From contig JBAYVT010000002.1 of assembly GCA_041674405.1 (NCBI GenBank), positions 120,001 to 152,000 of the forward strand: DNA of 32,000 nt. The letters run 5' to 3'. A model generated the notes under the pieces. That model searched no databases. It worked only from the letters and a program-made list of their open reading frames with translations, and had not been told where the DNA came from. This document shows positions 16,380 to 28,400 of this stretch, one piece after another (position 1 is the first letter of the stretch; the number at the start of each line of letters is the position of its first letter). A program made the position numbers and the translations under genes. Source of the DNA: Patescibacteria group bacterium (lineage in GTDB: Bacteria; Patescibacteriota; UBA1384; XYA2-FULL-43-10).

Positions 16380-16409
16380 ATTATACTCATCTAAGGTAAC
16401 ATCTTAGGT
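16380..16409 (-). promoter_or_regulatory. -10 element plus operator-like direct repeats upstream of the phd-like/iscS genes
   Basis: Minus strand ACCTAAGATG-TT-ACCTTAGATG followed by AG-TATAAT; plus-strand repeats CATCTAAGGT (16388..16397) and CATCTTAGGT (16400..16409). Confidence 0.5.
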
Positions 16410-16451
16410 AGATTTAGTCAATAGATACAAATATAAATAATATTTAGAATC

Positions 16452-19400
16452 TTAAGATTTAGAATTTCTCTTTTCCATCTCAATCTTTTTATTTACGGCA
16501 GAAATTTCTTCATCCGTATCAAACCTTACCGGTTTTGGCAGAGTGTAACCTTCCTTGGTAGCTAAAATTGTGTACCTACCCCGTTTCAAAATCGCCGAAA
16601 ACTTACCTTTGTCATCAGTTACCGCAGTCTTTACAAGCCTTGTGTTATCTCCGGTCATTATCCTAACCAACGTTAGGCCGATAGGCTCGCCCTTATGTCG
16701 GTCTACCACCATGCTCCATGGCGACTTTCTTATGACCAGTGAGAAATTGATAACCCAAAGCAGAATATAGCCGGCAAGGATCAGATAATTTAACAAATTT
16801 GGGTCATGAATTAAATTGTTCAAGACCAATATGGTACCGGCCGTAAGTACAACAATCGAAGCATAATTGAAGAATCTTTCCATTTTTCTAAGCCAACCCA
16901 AGATTGCATGAATACCAGAAAGGCTTTTGCCATTTATACTCATTATGATCGTCGGCACCAAAAATCCTTTGGTATAGCTATCAATCTCATATATTTTCCC
17001 TGTGTCAAAATCATAATATTGATCCGGTTTTGGTGCGAGCTGGTACTTGTCTTTCTTCGCGATGATTTTGTATTTGCCCGGAGGTTCGGCGAATCCGTAC
17101 ACGCCTGATTTATCGGTGGTTGTTGTCTCAATAACCCTTTCTGTGCCATCTTCGCCTACTTTAATCAAGCTAACCATCGCTCCAGAAAGCGGCAAACCGG
17201 TTCCATCCTCGAGCACTTGGCCCCATTTTTTGCGTTTCTTTTTAACCGTACCGAAAGATAGAATGGAATAAACAATTATATGAATGACTTCCTTGAGTGA
17301 GAATAAAGTTATTAAGTTTGTTGCGGGTGCCAATCCGGCGACAACTACTGCCATGCCCAGAGCTGCTGCGGCAGTCACTGGCGGAGCAGCCTCTTTTGAG
17401 ATACCAACAGCTGCATAAACTTTTTCTATTCCCCCTGCAACAATATCGATTGAAACCGCCACATCTTCGACGCCGCCGACAATGCCACCAATAATAACTT
17501 CACCGATTGTTTCTTTTCGTACATTTACTGACGCAGCAGCCTTCACATCACCGAATGAAGCTTGAACGGTGTTTTCAAATGAGCCAACTTCCTTACCTGC
17601 GGTGAATAATCCGGTTTGGTCAATCTCCCCGCCACCATTCATAACCGACCACACGATAATTGCTGTTGGAATTTCTGAATCATCTGAGGCAAAAGCTTTT
17701 GCACTAAACTGCACGGAGTCTTCAACTTTTATTTTCGCACTTGTCGGTGAAATGATAATGTATGATGCAGTTTTTTCCGGATTTCCCAGAGTTGTCACCT
17801 CAGACGCAGTAGAAAAATCAGTTTCAACGTTGCTATTATTTCTTGCCTTAAGCCTATAAGCATAATTCGTAGAAGCTGCAAGGCCTGTGTTTATAAATCC
17901 GTCGCTTCCACCCCAGTCGGCATACAATTGCCAATCGGGACTATCGGAAAATGCCCCATCGGAATGCCTGACATACTTACCTGCGGTGTCATTGTAAATC
18001 GCATATCGTGTGTTAGCTGGGTTGCCGTTTTGGTTAATCGCAATTTTTACTGATGACTCGGAAACTACTGAAAGAATTGGGGCATCTGGTGTGTTCGCAA
18101 GAGTATAAGATGTAGCAAAATTTGACTTTTCCGTTCCTTTCCTATTGGTCACGGTAACTTGGCGAGTATATGCCGTATTCGGAGCAAGAGATTGTTCTAG
18201 CCAGGACGAGGCAGAAGCTGCAAGTGTTCCCGAGAGCGGATTGCCAGCGGCATCTAACACTGCCCAACTGGTGTGATCATCGTCGGTATTTGACCAAACC
18301 CAATTAATCTGGCTGGTAACAATGTCTGTTCCCCTGAAATCTGTAGAGGGTGTAGGCCCAAGGCAATTCGCCGTTGTGAAATTTATGATTGCAGAATAAT
18401 TCCCCGCGCCATTCTGGTTTGACGTTGCGGACACCTTGGCGTAATACTTTGTTTTTCTTGCAAGGCCCGATAAAGAAGTGGCTGTTGTGCTGATATCCGA
18501 AATTGTGCCTTTATTTGAAGCTCCGGAATCCGTTCCGTACGAAAGAGTATATTTATCCGCGCCCTCTGGCGCAATCCATGTCAGGTTCGCCGAAGTTCTG
18601 CAAACGGCATTTGCTTCTAGGCTCGCTGGAGCAGCTGGCGGAGTGACTTTTGCCGAAGATGGAGAATAAGTTGTGTCGGTATTGTCCCCATTTCTTGCTT
18701 TGGCCTTGATCCAATACTGGGTATTTGGATCAAGATTAGCCAATGTATATGATGTACTTGTCTGCCAGGACATGCCGGCGGGATCGGTAAAATCCGTGCC
18801 ATTTATTGAATATTGGATCCAATAGTTTGTTCCTGATGGATTCAAACTTGGGCTAATTGTTCCTGTTACGAAATATGCCCCCGCCACCGTTGAAACCGTC
18901 GGCATATTGGCAAGCGTGTACTTTGGAGATGAATAGGCGCTTGTTGAGTTGCCGGCGTCATTAAACGCAACAACTTTAGCACAATATTGTGTATTTATAT
19001 CCTTACCATCAACGTCTTGCGAGGTTTCCCCGGCACCAGTCGTATAGTCGGGAGAATCTGGATAAGAAGCCTGTGAACAATCAGAATTCGGAGTGGTAGA
19101 AATATAAACCTTGAATCCGGTTTCATCAGATGAGTTGTCGTCCCAAGTCACTTGGAAAGAATCGTTTTGGATGGTGCCTATTGCTGCATTAGTTGGCGCA
19201 CTCGGCGCTGTAACACAAGAGCCGGTGGGAGAAATATTCCAATCGGTATTACTTCCCCCATCCGTAGAATAAGTAGCACAGAAAGAGGCACCCGAATTGG
19301 TAGAATTTGAGATGGTGGCGTACGAAATAGTTGCGGTGGCCGGGTTAATATTCCAGCCACCAGAACCACCAGACCTCTTAAGAACTACATGGCTTCCCGA

Positions 19401-22400
19401 AGTTCCGGTTACCGTCCATGTGCCAGATATCGTTTGGGTCGAGCCCGCAGAAAAGGATAAGGTTTTGCCTGCAGTAGCGGCAGTGAGGTTATTAAAAGTC
19501 GTATCTCCCTCTATCAAGGAGTCACCAGTTAGCGTAACTGTACCGCTCCCAGGAGTGAAGATACCGCCTGCATGGTTCCAACCGCCAGATACACTCATGG
19601 TGGATGGAGCACTGAAGCTAGCATTACCGTTTAAGATGAAATTACCAATGTTCATCGAAGGGTTATTTGTGATTCCATCAACATCGGTCTGGTTGGTTCC
19701 ATCACCAATTGTAAGATTGTTAGTAACACCAAAGCTACCGGAAGATAGAGTCAAAGTTTTGTTTCCAACAAAGCTCTGCCAGATAAAACCGGTCATATCG
19801 CCAAAAGAGTGATAAGGACCTGAACCAACATTATAGGTACCAATGACGGCACCAGTCGAGCCGTTAAGCTTTGTTATGGTGTTGCCGCCAATGCTCGTTA
19901 CCCATACATTGCCGTCGCCATCAATTCCCGGATGGTCGCCATTGCCGATCGAATAAGTTCCGATTACTGCACCAGTCGAGCCGTTAACTTTGTAGACCGT
20001 TCCGCTATTAACAACCCAGACATTGCCGCTGCCATCAACTGCCAGATTAGCACCAGGAACCGAGTAGATATCAATGACAGCGCCGGTCGAACCGTTAAGC
20101 TTGGTAATGCCAATATCGCCGTCGCTAGCCGTCCAGACATTCCCATCACCGTCGACTGCTATGCTAAAAGGAGCGCCGTTAACCGAATAAGTGCCGATCA
20201 GTGCACCAGTTGAGCTGTCAAGTTTAGTAACGTTACCACTTCCGTGATTGCAAATCCAAACATTGCCACTACGATCAGCCGCCACTCCCGAAGGACTAGT
20301 ACCCGTTGAATATGTGCCCATGACTGCACCAGTCGAGCCATTAACCTTATTAATATGGCTGCTATCGTAGGGGACCCAGACATTGCCAGCATTATCAACG
20401 CCCGGGTTACCACCACCGACCGCATAAGTGCCGATCAGTGCGCCGGTCGAACCATTGAGTTTAGTAACGTTGCCGCTGTAAGGATTGCCGACCCAGACAT
20501 TGCCACTGCCATCAACTGCCACACCATAAGGACCAGTACCCACCGCGTAAGTTCCAATGACGGCACCAGTTGAACTGTTAAGTTTGGTTATATTGTTGCT
20601 ACCGCTATTAGTCACCCAAACATACGGTGTTACCGCTGGATCCAGCAATTCTAGGTTATAATAATTTGCCGCCGTAATGTTTGTGTTAGAAGAAGCACGA
20701 TATATAAAGGTAGAAGTCGAAGCAGTAAATGTACCCGTTTTAACAAACGGCGTGCCCGAACCGGTCAAAGTTATTGTCCGATTTGAAGCATCGAAGGTAC
20801 CAGCATTGATCGTCAGTATGTTTGTAGTTGTGATATCCCCGGCTGCAGTGAAAGTCGTTCCCGCATGATCAAGGTAAAGATTGTAGTAAGTGGTCGCCGT
20901 AATATTAGTTGCCAATGCTCCGGTATACTTGAGGGTTGATGTGCCCTCTTGGAAAGTTCCGGTTACTACCAATGGCGTTCCTGGCGCGGCCAAAGTAATC
21001 GTTCTGGAGGATGCAGCAAATGTGCCGGCATTGATGGTAAGGACTCCATTGATTGTGATATTTCCGGCAGCAGTAAAGGTTGTGCCGGTATGGTCTGCAG
21101 CGTAGAGGTTGCAATAGGTAATAGCATTAATGTTTGTTGCGCTTGTTCCTTGGAATTTGACTGTCGATGTACTTTCGGTAAATGTGCCGCTGATGGATAG
21201 TGGATCACCTGATTCTGTCAAAACTAAGGTAGTATTATCCAGATTGACAACAGCAGTTGCCGGGATTTTAAGATTTGGGATAGTGGAGGTGGGAGCAGAT
21301 GATGAATTAGGTCTCCAGGTATCAGTGCCTATGACATAGAGTATCTGGGAGGTTAGAGTTGCTTGATTGTAGGGCATAGCTAGGTCATTGGTTGCATTAC
21401 CAATATCAAAGAGGATATCAGCATCAGACGAAACTGAACCATCGTATTGTGATAAATCGGTATTGGATAGTGTTTGGGCAGTACCATTACCGACGACCAA
21501 ATGCTGCTCAAAGAGAGTAACTCCAGTAATATCTCCCGATGTGTACTTGGTAACAGCATTGGCTCGATGGGATTCAGTCGCGCCATCGATGAATACCGTA
21601 ATTACATCACCGGCAGAGGGTTCGGTAACGCCAGAAATCGTCCAGGAACCAGAAGCAGTGGTGCCTGTAGCTGCATCCAAGGTGCCATTGATCGCTACCT
21701 TGACCGTCTCACCATCAGCACAAGCGGTTGATTCATCATACTGCTTACAAGTGCCGGAGATAGAGAAGGATGAACAGCCACTTGTTACAGTTGGAGCAGG
21801 AAGGGTACCATTGAACGAGGTCCAAGTCCCAGTCGTTGGCAAGACAGTGGGAGCACCGGCACTACCCCAGTCCACATAAGCCGACTGATCAGCAGGCGCA
21901 AGAAGTTTGCTGGTGTCCGACAACAGGTACCAACTACTGTCCCATGGATCTACTGCCAAAACCCTATTACTTGTATTGGTGTAATAAGGATTACTCCTAG
22001 CATCTACACTCGCATAAGTATACGACCCATTATAGCTTGAATCGCCCGCTCCAGAAAAAGTATACGACGAACATGCGGAGCATGATCCGGTTAAACTAAT
22101 ATTCCAGCCGGTATTTCCCCCGCCGTCAACTGAGTAAGTCGCACAGAAACTACCTGTATTACTAGACTTAGAAACATTGGCGTAGGATATTGCAACATTA
22201 TTACTTGCAGATAAATTCCAGTTGGCACCGCCCGATGGAGCTAAAGTAATTAAGTTACCGGAAGTCCCAGCAATATTAATTGCATAATTGAAATTATAGT
22301 TTGAACCCGAGTTGAAAGTTAGGGTTGAGGGCGCAGTTGTGTTGGTAAATGTACGCGTGACCGACGTTGCCCCAGTGAAGGTGAAATTTGTATTAGCATG

Positions 22401-25400
22401 CTCAGCCGTAAGGTTGTAATAAGTTACTGGTGTAATATTTGTTGCGGAAGAACCTGTATATTTTATCGTTGAAGTCGAGTAAGTAAATGTACCTGTGGCT
22501 ACGAAAGGTGTACCTGATCCAGACAAAGTGATGGTTTTATTTGATGCATTAAATGTGCCGGCATTTATTGTCAAAACATTGTTTGCGGTGATGTCGCCCG
22601 CCGCAGTGTAGGTTTGGCCAGCTTTATCGATGTAAAGATTGTAATAGGTCGCAGAAGTTACATTAACCGGACCTGTACCTGTGTATTTTACAGTTGAAGT
22701 AGAAGCGGTGAATGTTCCGGTTTTAACAAACGGCATGCTAGTTCCAGATAAAGTAATTGTCTTATTTGATGCATCAAAGGTTCCGGCATTGATGGTAAAA
22801 ACACCAGTTCCGTTTGAACCAGTTGAGATATCACCGGCTGCTGTAAAAGTTGTTCCTGCGTGATCTAAATAAAGATTATTATAGGTAGTTGATGCAATAT
22901 TAGTCGCAGAAGCGCCTGTGTATTTGACTGTGCCAGTCATACACTGAAATGTACCGTTGATCACAAACGGCGTACCAGAACCGGAAAGGGTGATGGTACC
23001 TGTCGGCGAATCATTAAATGTACCAGCATTAACGGTGAAAACATTTGTTGATGTAATATCCCCTGCTGCGCTAAAGATGGTCCCTGCACGATCTAAATAA
23101 AGATTGTAATAGGTAGTCGCTGTAATATTCGTTGCCAACGAGCCAGTATATTTAACTGTGGATGTAGAAGGTGTAAAAACGACATTATTTACAAAAGGAG
23201 TACCTGATCCAGACAAGGTAATAGTTTTATTGGACGCATCGAAAATCGAGTCATTGGTCAAAACATTAGTGACATTTATATCGCCCATGGCTGTAGATAC
23301 TGCTGTGGTTACTAAGTGGAGGTTGTAATAGGTGGTAGAGGCAATGTTTGTTGCCGCTGCGCCGTAATATTCTACGGTTGAAGTTGATGCCGTAAAAGTA
23401 CCAGTAACAACAAATGGCGTTCCCGTTGACATGAATGTAATAGTCTTATTAGAGGCATCAAAGGTGCCAGCATTGATGGTAAAAATATTTTCCACCTTGA
23501 TATTTCCAGCCGCAGTAAATGTAGTACCTGCATGGTCCAGATACAGATTATAATAACCAGGAACCATTCCCGAACCCATTGCAGTTACGTTTGTCGCCGA
23601 AGCACCGGTATATTTGATCGTTGAAGTTGAAGATTGAAACGTTCCGTTATTAACAAATGGCGTGCCCGAACCAGATAATGTGATTGTTTTATTGGATGCA
23701 TTAAATTCACCAGTGGTAATGCTTAAGACACCAGATACATCAATATCGTTATTTGCTGTCCAAATCCCCGAGCCATCATTGAAGGTCAAATTATTAAAGG
23801 CCGATCCTCCCGTCATATTTCCGGAAAGAGTTTTATCAGCTCCACCCGTCTGAAAAGTAACGGTTCCGGAATTGTTGTCAAATGTTCCGCTTGAATGATT
23901 CCAATTTCCATTAACAATAAAATTATTAGATGATGCGGGCGCACTTAATGACCCGCCCGAAATTGTGACATTACCAGCACTAATATCATGTGCCCCAGCG
24001 GTTAAGGTACCGGATGAAACAAGGAGATTGTTTGTAACATCAATATTGCTGGAAAGAGACCAGGCTGAAGATGGGATCGAATAATAAATCGTGCCTCTTA
24101 CATAATTTATAATTGCATTTGAAACAGATGGAGTTATTTTCTTAATTGTCATCGCAACGCCAAAGCTTGAATCGTTAACATCATTTGGCGTCCAAGTTAA
24201 TCCCCACAGATTTCCATCCCCACCAAACGGAACATAATCCTCTGTCCCCGACCATAATGCATCCGCAGATTGATTGGTGCCCCCAATGGTACCAGACTTA
24301 ATGATTTCAATAATATCATCGGAAACAGGAGGCGAACTACCCATCCTTTTTGCTTCCATTTTAATACCTGTAACCGTTGCATTGGTTGGAATATTAAAAC
24401 CAAAATTTGTCGCTTTTAGATAATTAGAGCGTTTTCCTTGGGGAATACCAACAATTCTCGCATAATTTCCATCATCAGCAGTGATATCTTCGGGAGTTGA
24501 CCAAGGACCATCTCCATAGCTTGCATCATTGGTTCCTGTTCCACATCCCAATGTGGAACTAGTACTTCCCCCGCCGTTCTCACCTGCGATTGTAAGATTA
24601 TAAAATTTCTGCCCAGAACCCAATATGATTGAGAAGTCTCCGCTTGTCCCATTAAAATTTATTGTAGAATTTCCTTCATTGAAAGTAACATTTGAAGAAT
24701 CCCAATCACCTGCAATATTAATTATGTGGCTTCCAGGGCTAAAGCTACCTGACGTCATAGTAAAACCATCCGCAATCGTAATATCTCCAGCTGCAATAAA
24801 GTCTGTATTCGCATGGTTGATGACTAAATTATTATACGTCACGGAAGCCAAATTTGTATCTGATGATCCTTCGTAGGAAATTGTTGAAGTTGACGGAGTA
24901 AAGGTACCGGTCACAACAAACGGGGTTCCACTCCCTGATAAAGTAATGGTTTTATTGGAAGCATCAAATGTGCCTGCATTGATAGTAAGGACTCCAGAAA
25001 CGGTAATGTTCCCTGCTGCAGCAAAGGTAGTACCAGTCTTGTCTGCCGCGTAGAGATTGTAATAAGAAAGAGCATTAACATTCGTAGCGCCTGATCCCTG
25101 GAATTTAATGGTGGAAGTGCCAATTGTGAAGGTGCCGGTGATAGAAAGTGGTGTGCCGGAGGCGGTTAATGCTAGTGTTGTGCCGGTAAGGTTGACGATG
25201 GCTGATGTCGGAATTACAAGGTTAGAAATGGTGGATGTTGGAGCATCAGTAGCAGCCGGTTGCCAAGTGTTGGAAGCCAAAACATAAAGCTTCTGGTCGG
25301 TATCTGTTTGGGTGCCTGACTCGGGCAGTGTTAAGTCTTTGGTTGTGGCATTAACTTCAAAGAAGATATCTTCATCAGACGAGACAGAGTTATCGTATTT

Positions 25401-28400
25401 CTCCATATCAGCATTTGAAAGAGTTTGGTTATCAGCTGAACCGATGGATAAATGTTTTTCATAAAGTGCTATGCCGGATACATTACCGGAGACATACTTT
25501 GTCACTGCATTTGCTTCATTGGCATCAGCAACACCATCGACAAAGATGGTGATAGTGTCGCCAGCCGATGGGGCTGTTACTCCGGTGATAGACCAGGACC
25601 CGCTTGAAGTTGTACCGGTAGCCGCATCGAGGCTCCCATTGATTGCTACTTTGATCGTTTCGCTGTCAGCACAATTCGAGGATTCGTCATATTGTTTGCA
25701 GGTACCGGAGATGGAGATGCTGGCCGGCGGAAATGCCCAATGATGGTTATTTCCACCGTCATATCCGCCAGTCGTGGCATTTACCAAGCTTCCTCCAGTT
25801 GCATCGGAATCGGTGACATTAACATAAGAAGCAGGTGGGCTATCCTGGACAACATTAAAATTCCAATGGTTGGTAGGTGTAGATGAAACCATAAATATTC
25901 TAGTACCTACTGCTCCGCCATTGATATCAAGGCCCATGATTGAATAAGTTGATCCAGCATGGAATGTAAGTTTAGAGGAAGGGGTAGTATCAGTAAAGAC
26001 CCCATTGATAGTTGCCGAATCTGCAAAATAAACACCATTTGCCGACGCATTAGTAATAGTAATGCTGTTAAAATCATGATTTCCATTTGTTCCACCAGCA
26101 GTGATGGTCTGTAAATCACTACCATCCAAGGTTAGTGTTCCGGTACCAGAAGTAAAGATGCCAGTGGCCGAATTCGTATAATCGCCTGCAAGATAAAATG
26201 CAGCCGTACTTGAAGCCGTGAGAGTATTACCAGCGTCAATAATAACATCTCCATCAACGTTAACTATGGGATCGTTTGTTTCGAATGACAATACGGCAGT
26301 TAATGCGCCTCCTCCAACATGCAAATTATTTGAAACATTTAAAGTGCCTGCCTGAACATTATGGGTACCTGAAAAATTTTCACGCGCTATCTGAAGGTTA
26401 TAATATGTAGTCGCGGTTACATTTACAGCGGCGCCGACTGGGTCCGGGCAATCATAAAATAATGTTGAATTGTTGGCAGTGAAAGTGCCGTTGATCACAA
26501 AAGGAGTGTTAGTTCCTAATAGTGTAATTGTTTTATTTGAAGCGTCGAATTCACCTGCATTAATTGTTAAAAGATTTGAAACAGTCATATCCCCAGCCGC
26601 GGTAAAAGTCGACCCAGTTCGATCAAGATAAAGATTGTAGAATGTCGTCGCCGTCACATTTGTCGCAGATGAACCCTTATACTGAACGGTAGATGTGCCC
26701 TCCTGAAAAGTAGCGTTTATATTCACAAAAGGCGTGCCTGAGCCATTCAAAACAATTGTTTTATCGGAGGCATTAAAGGTTCCTACATCTAGCGTCAAAA
26801 CGCTGCCAACGGTAATATTTCCAGCTGCGGTAAAGGTGGTACCAGTATGAACCAAATATAGATTATAATACGTCGCACTAGTTACATTGGTAGCGCTCGA
26901 TCCGGCATACTTTATGGTTGAAGTAGCTTCTTGAAAAGTACCATTTACAACAAAAGGTGTACCAGAACCATATAGATAAACTGTCTTATCCGATCCGTTA
27001 TATATCGTCCCGGTCTGAATAGTGAAAACTCCGTAGACCGAGAACGAGCCGGAAGAAAGCGGAGTAAATGTCGTGCCCGAATGGTCGAGGATTAGATTGT
27101 GGAACCCGAGTAACGCAACGTCAGTTGCTGACGCACTCTGATATGTGACGGTTGAAGTGTCGTAATTGAAGGTACTGCCCGTCTCCATTCTAAGAGGCCT
27201 CGACGAACTTTGTCCTGAGCCAGTAATTACTAAAGAATTATTATCCAATGTCATCGTAGACGATGCTTCGGCATATGATTTCGGCACAGTTGATGTGGTT
27301 CCACCACCGGATGCAGGCCGCCATGTATTATTTGCCTTAATTATAATCTTTTGGTCTGCATCAGTTTGGGTTCCGACTGCCGGCAGGGTTAGATTGTTTG
27401 ATCCGTCAATTTCGAAAAAGATATCTTCATCGGAGGAGACGGAATTATCGTATTTAGAGATATCGTTGTTCGATAATGTTTGATTATCGTCAGAACCTAG
27501 ATACAAATGCTTTTCGTAAAGGCTAATTCCTGTAATATTGCCCGAACCATCGTATTTGGTAACAGCATTCGCTTCGTTACCGTCAGCCACTCCATCGATA
27601 AATACGGTAATTGTGTCCCCAGAAGCAGGTGCTGTAACACCGCTTATGCTCCACGAACCTCCGGATGTGGTTCCGGTTTGGGCTTGAATAGTACCATTTA
27701 CCGCAACTTTTACAGTCTCTGAATCAGCGGCATTTGTCGATTCGTCATATTGCTTAGCAGTCCCTGAGATTAAAATTGTGGCAGGCCCACCTCCGCCTTC
27801 AGAAATAATAACCCCCGGCTCGACTTCTCCTGAAGCATCCCAGTCGTAAGGAGTCGGGTCACTAACTGGATCAGCATTAAACCAAGTATACCCAGGGTAA
27901 AAACTACCCAAAGTTGATGAAACAGCCCAAGATCCTCCCATATTTCCACTAAACCAAAGATAAGAGTTATTTTCATTTTTATAGACAGGGTACGGCGACG
28001 AACCGATATCTCCAAAGTATTGATCGTTATATGCAAACGTACCATTTGCATTCGTATTACCAGCATTTGTGCCTGTATATGTATGGCCCGGATCTCCTCC
28101 CGGCGTTACGCCGCTTGGCGCCGGAGCGGTTCCCAGATTGGCCGTCCAGCTATTGCTTCCGGGAAGCGCGCCCTCCATAAGATAATAGTGTACATCCATC
28201 ATCGCATCATTAAGAACGTCGCTAAGCATATATGCTCCGCCCCCGTCCCAGTACAAGTACATATTATTAGCGTTTTTCCAATAGTCACTTCCATAGGCAT
28301 CCGTTCCGCCGTAAGAGTATTCGCCGTTATAATTGGCATCTCCTGCTCCCGCAACAGTCCATGTGGTTGTATTAGCAGCTAGAGCTTTAGGAGGCTTTTC

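Noticed and set aside
20660-27250. Regular repeats considered as CRISPR or other noncoding array
   Set aside because: Repeat period is about 210 bp, repeats are degenerate, and they translate as one continuous protein repeat; no 25-40 bp direct repeats with unique spacers.
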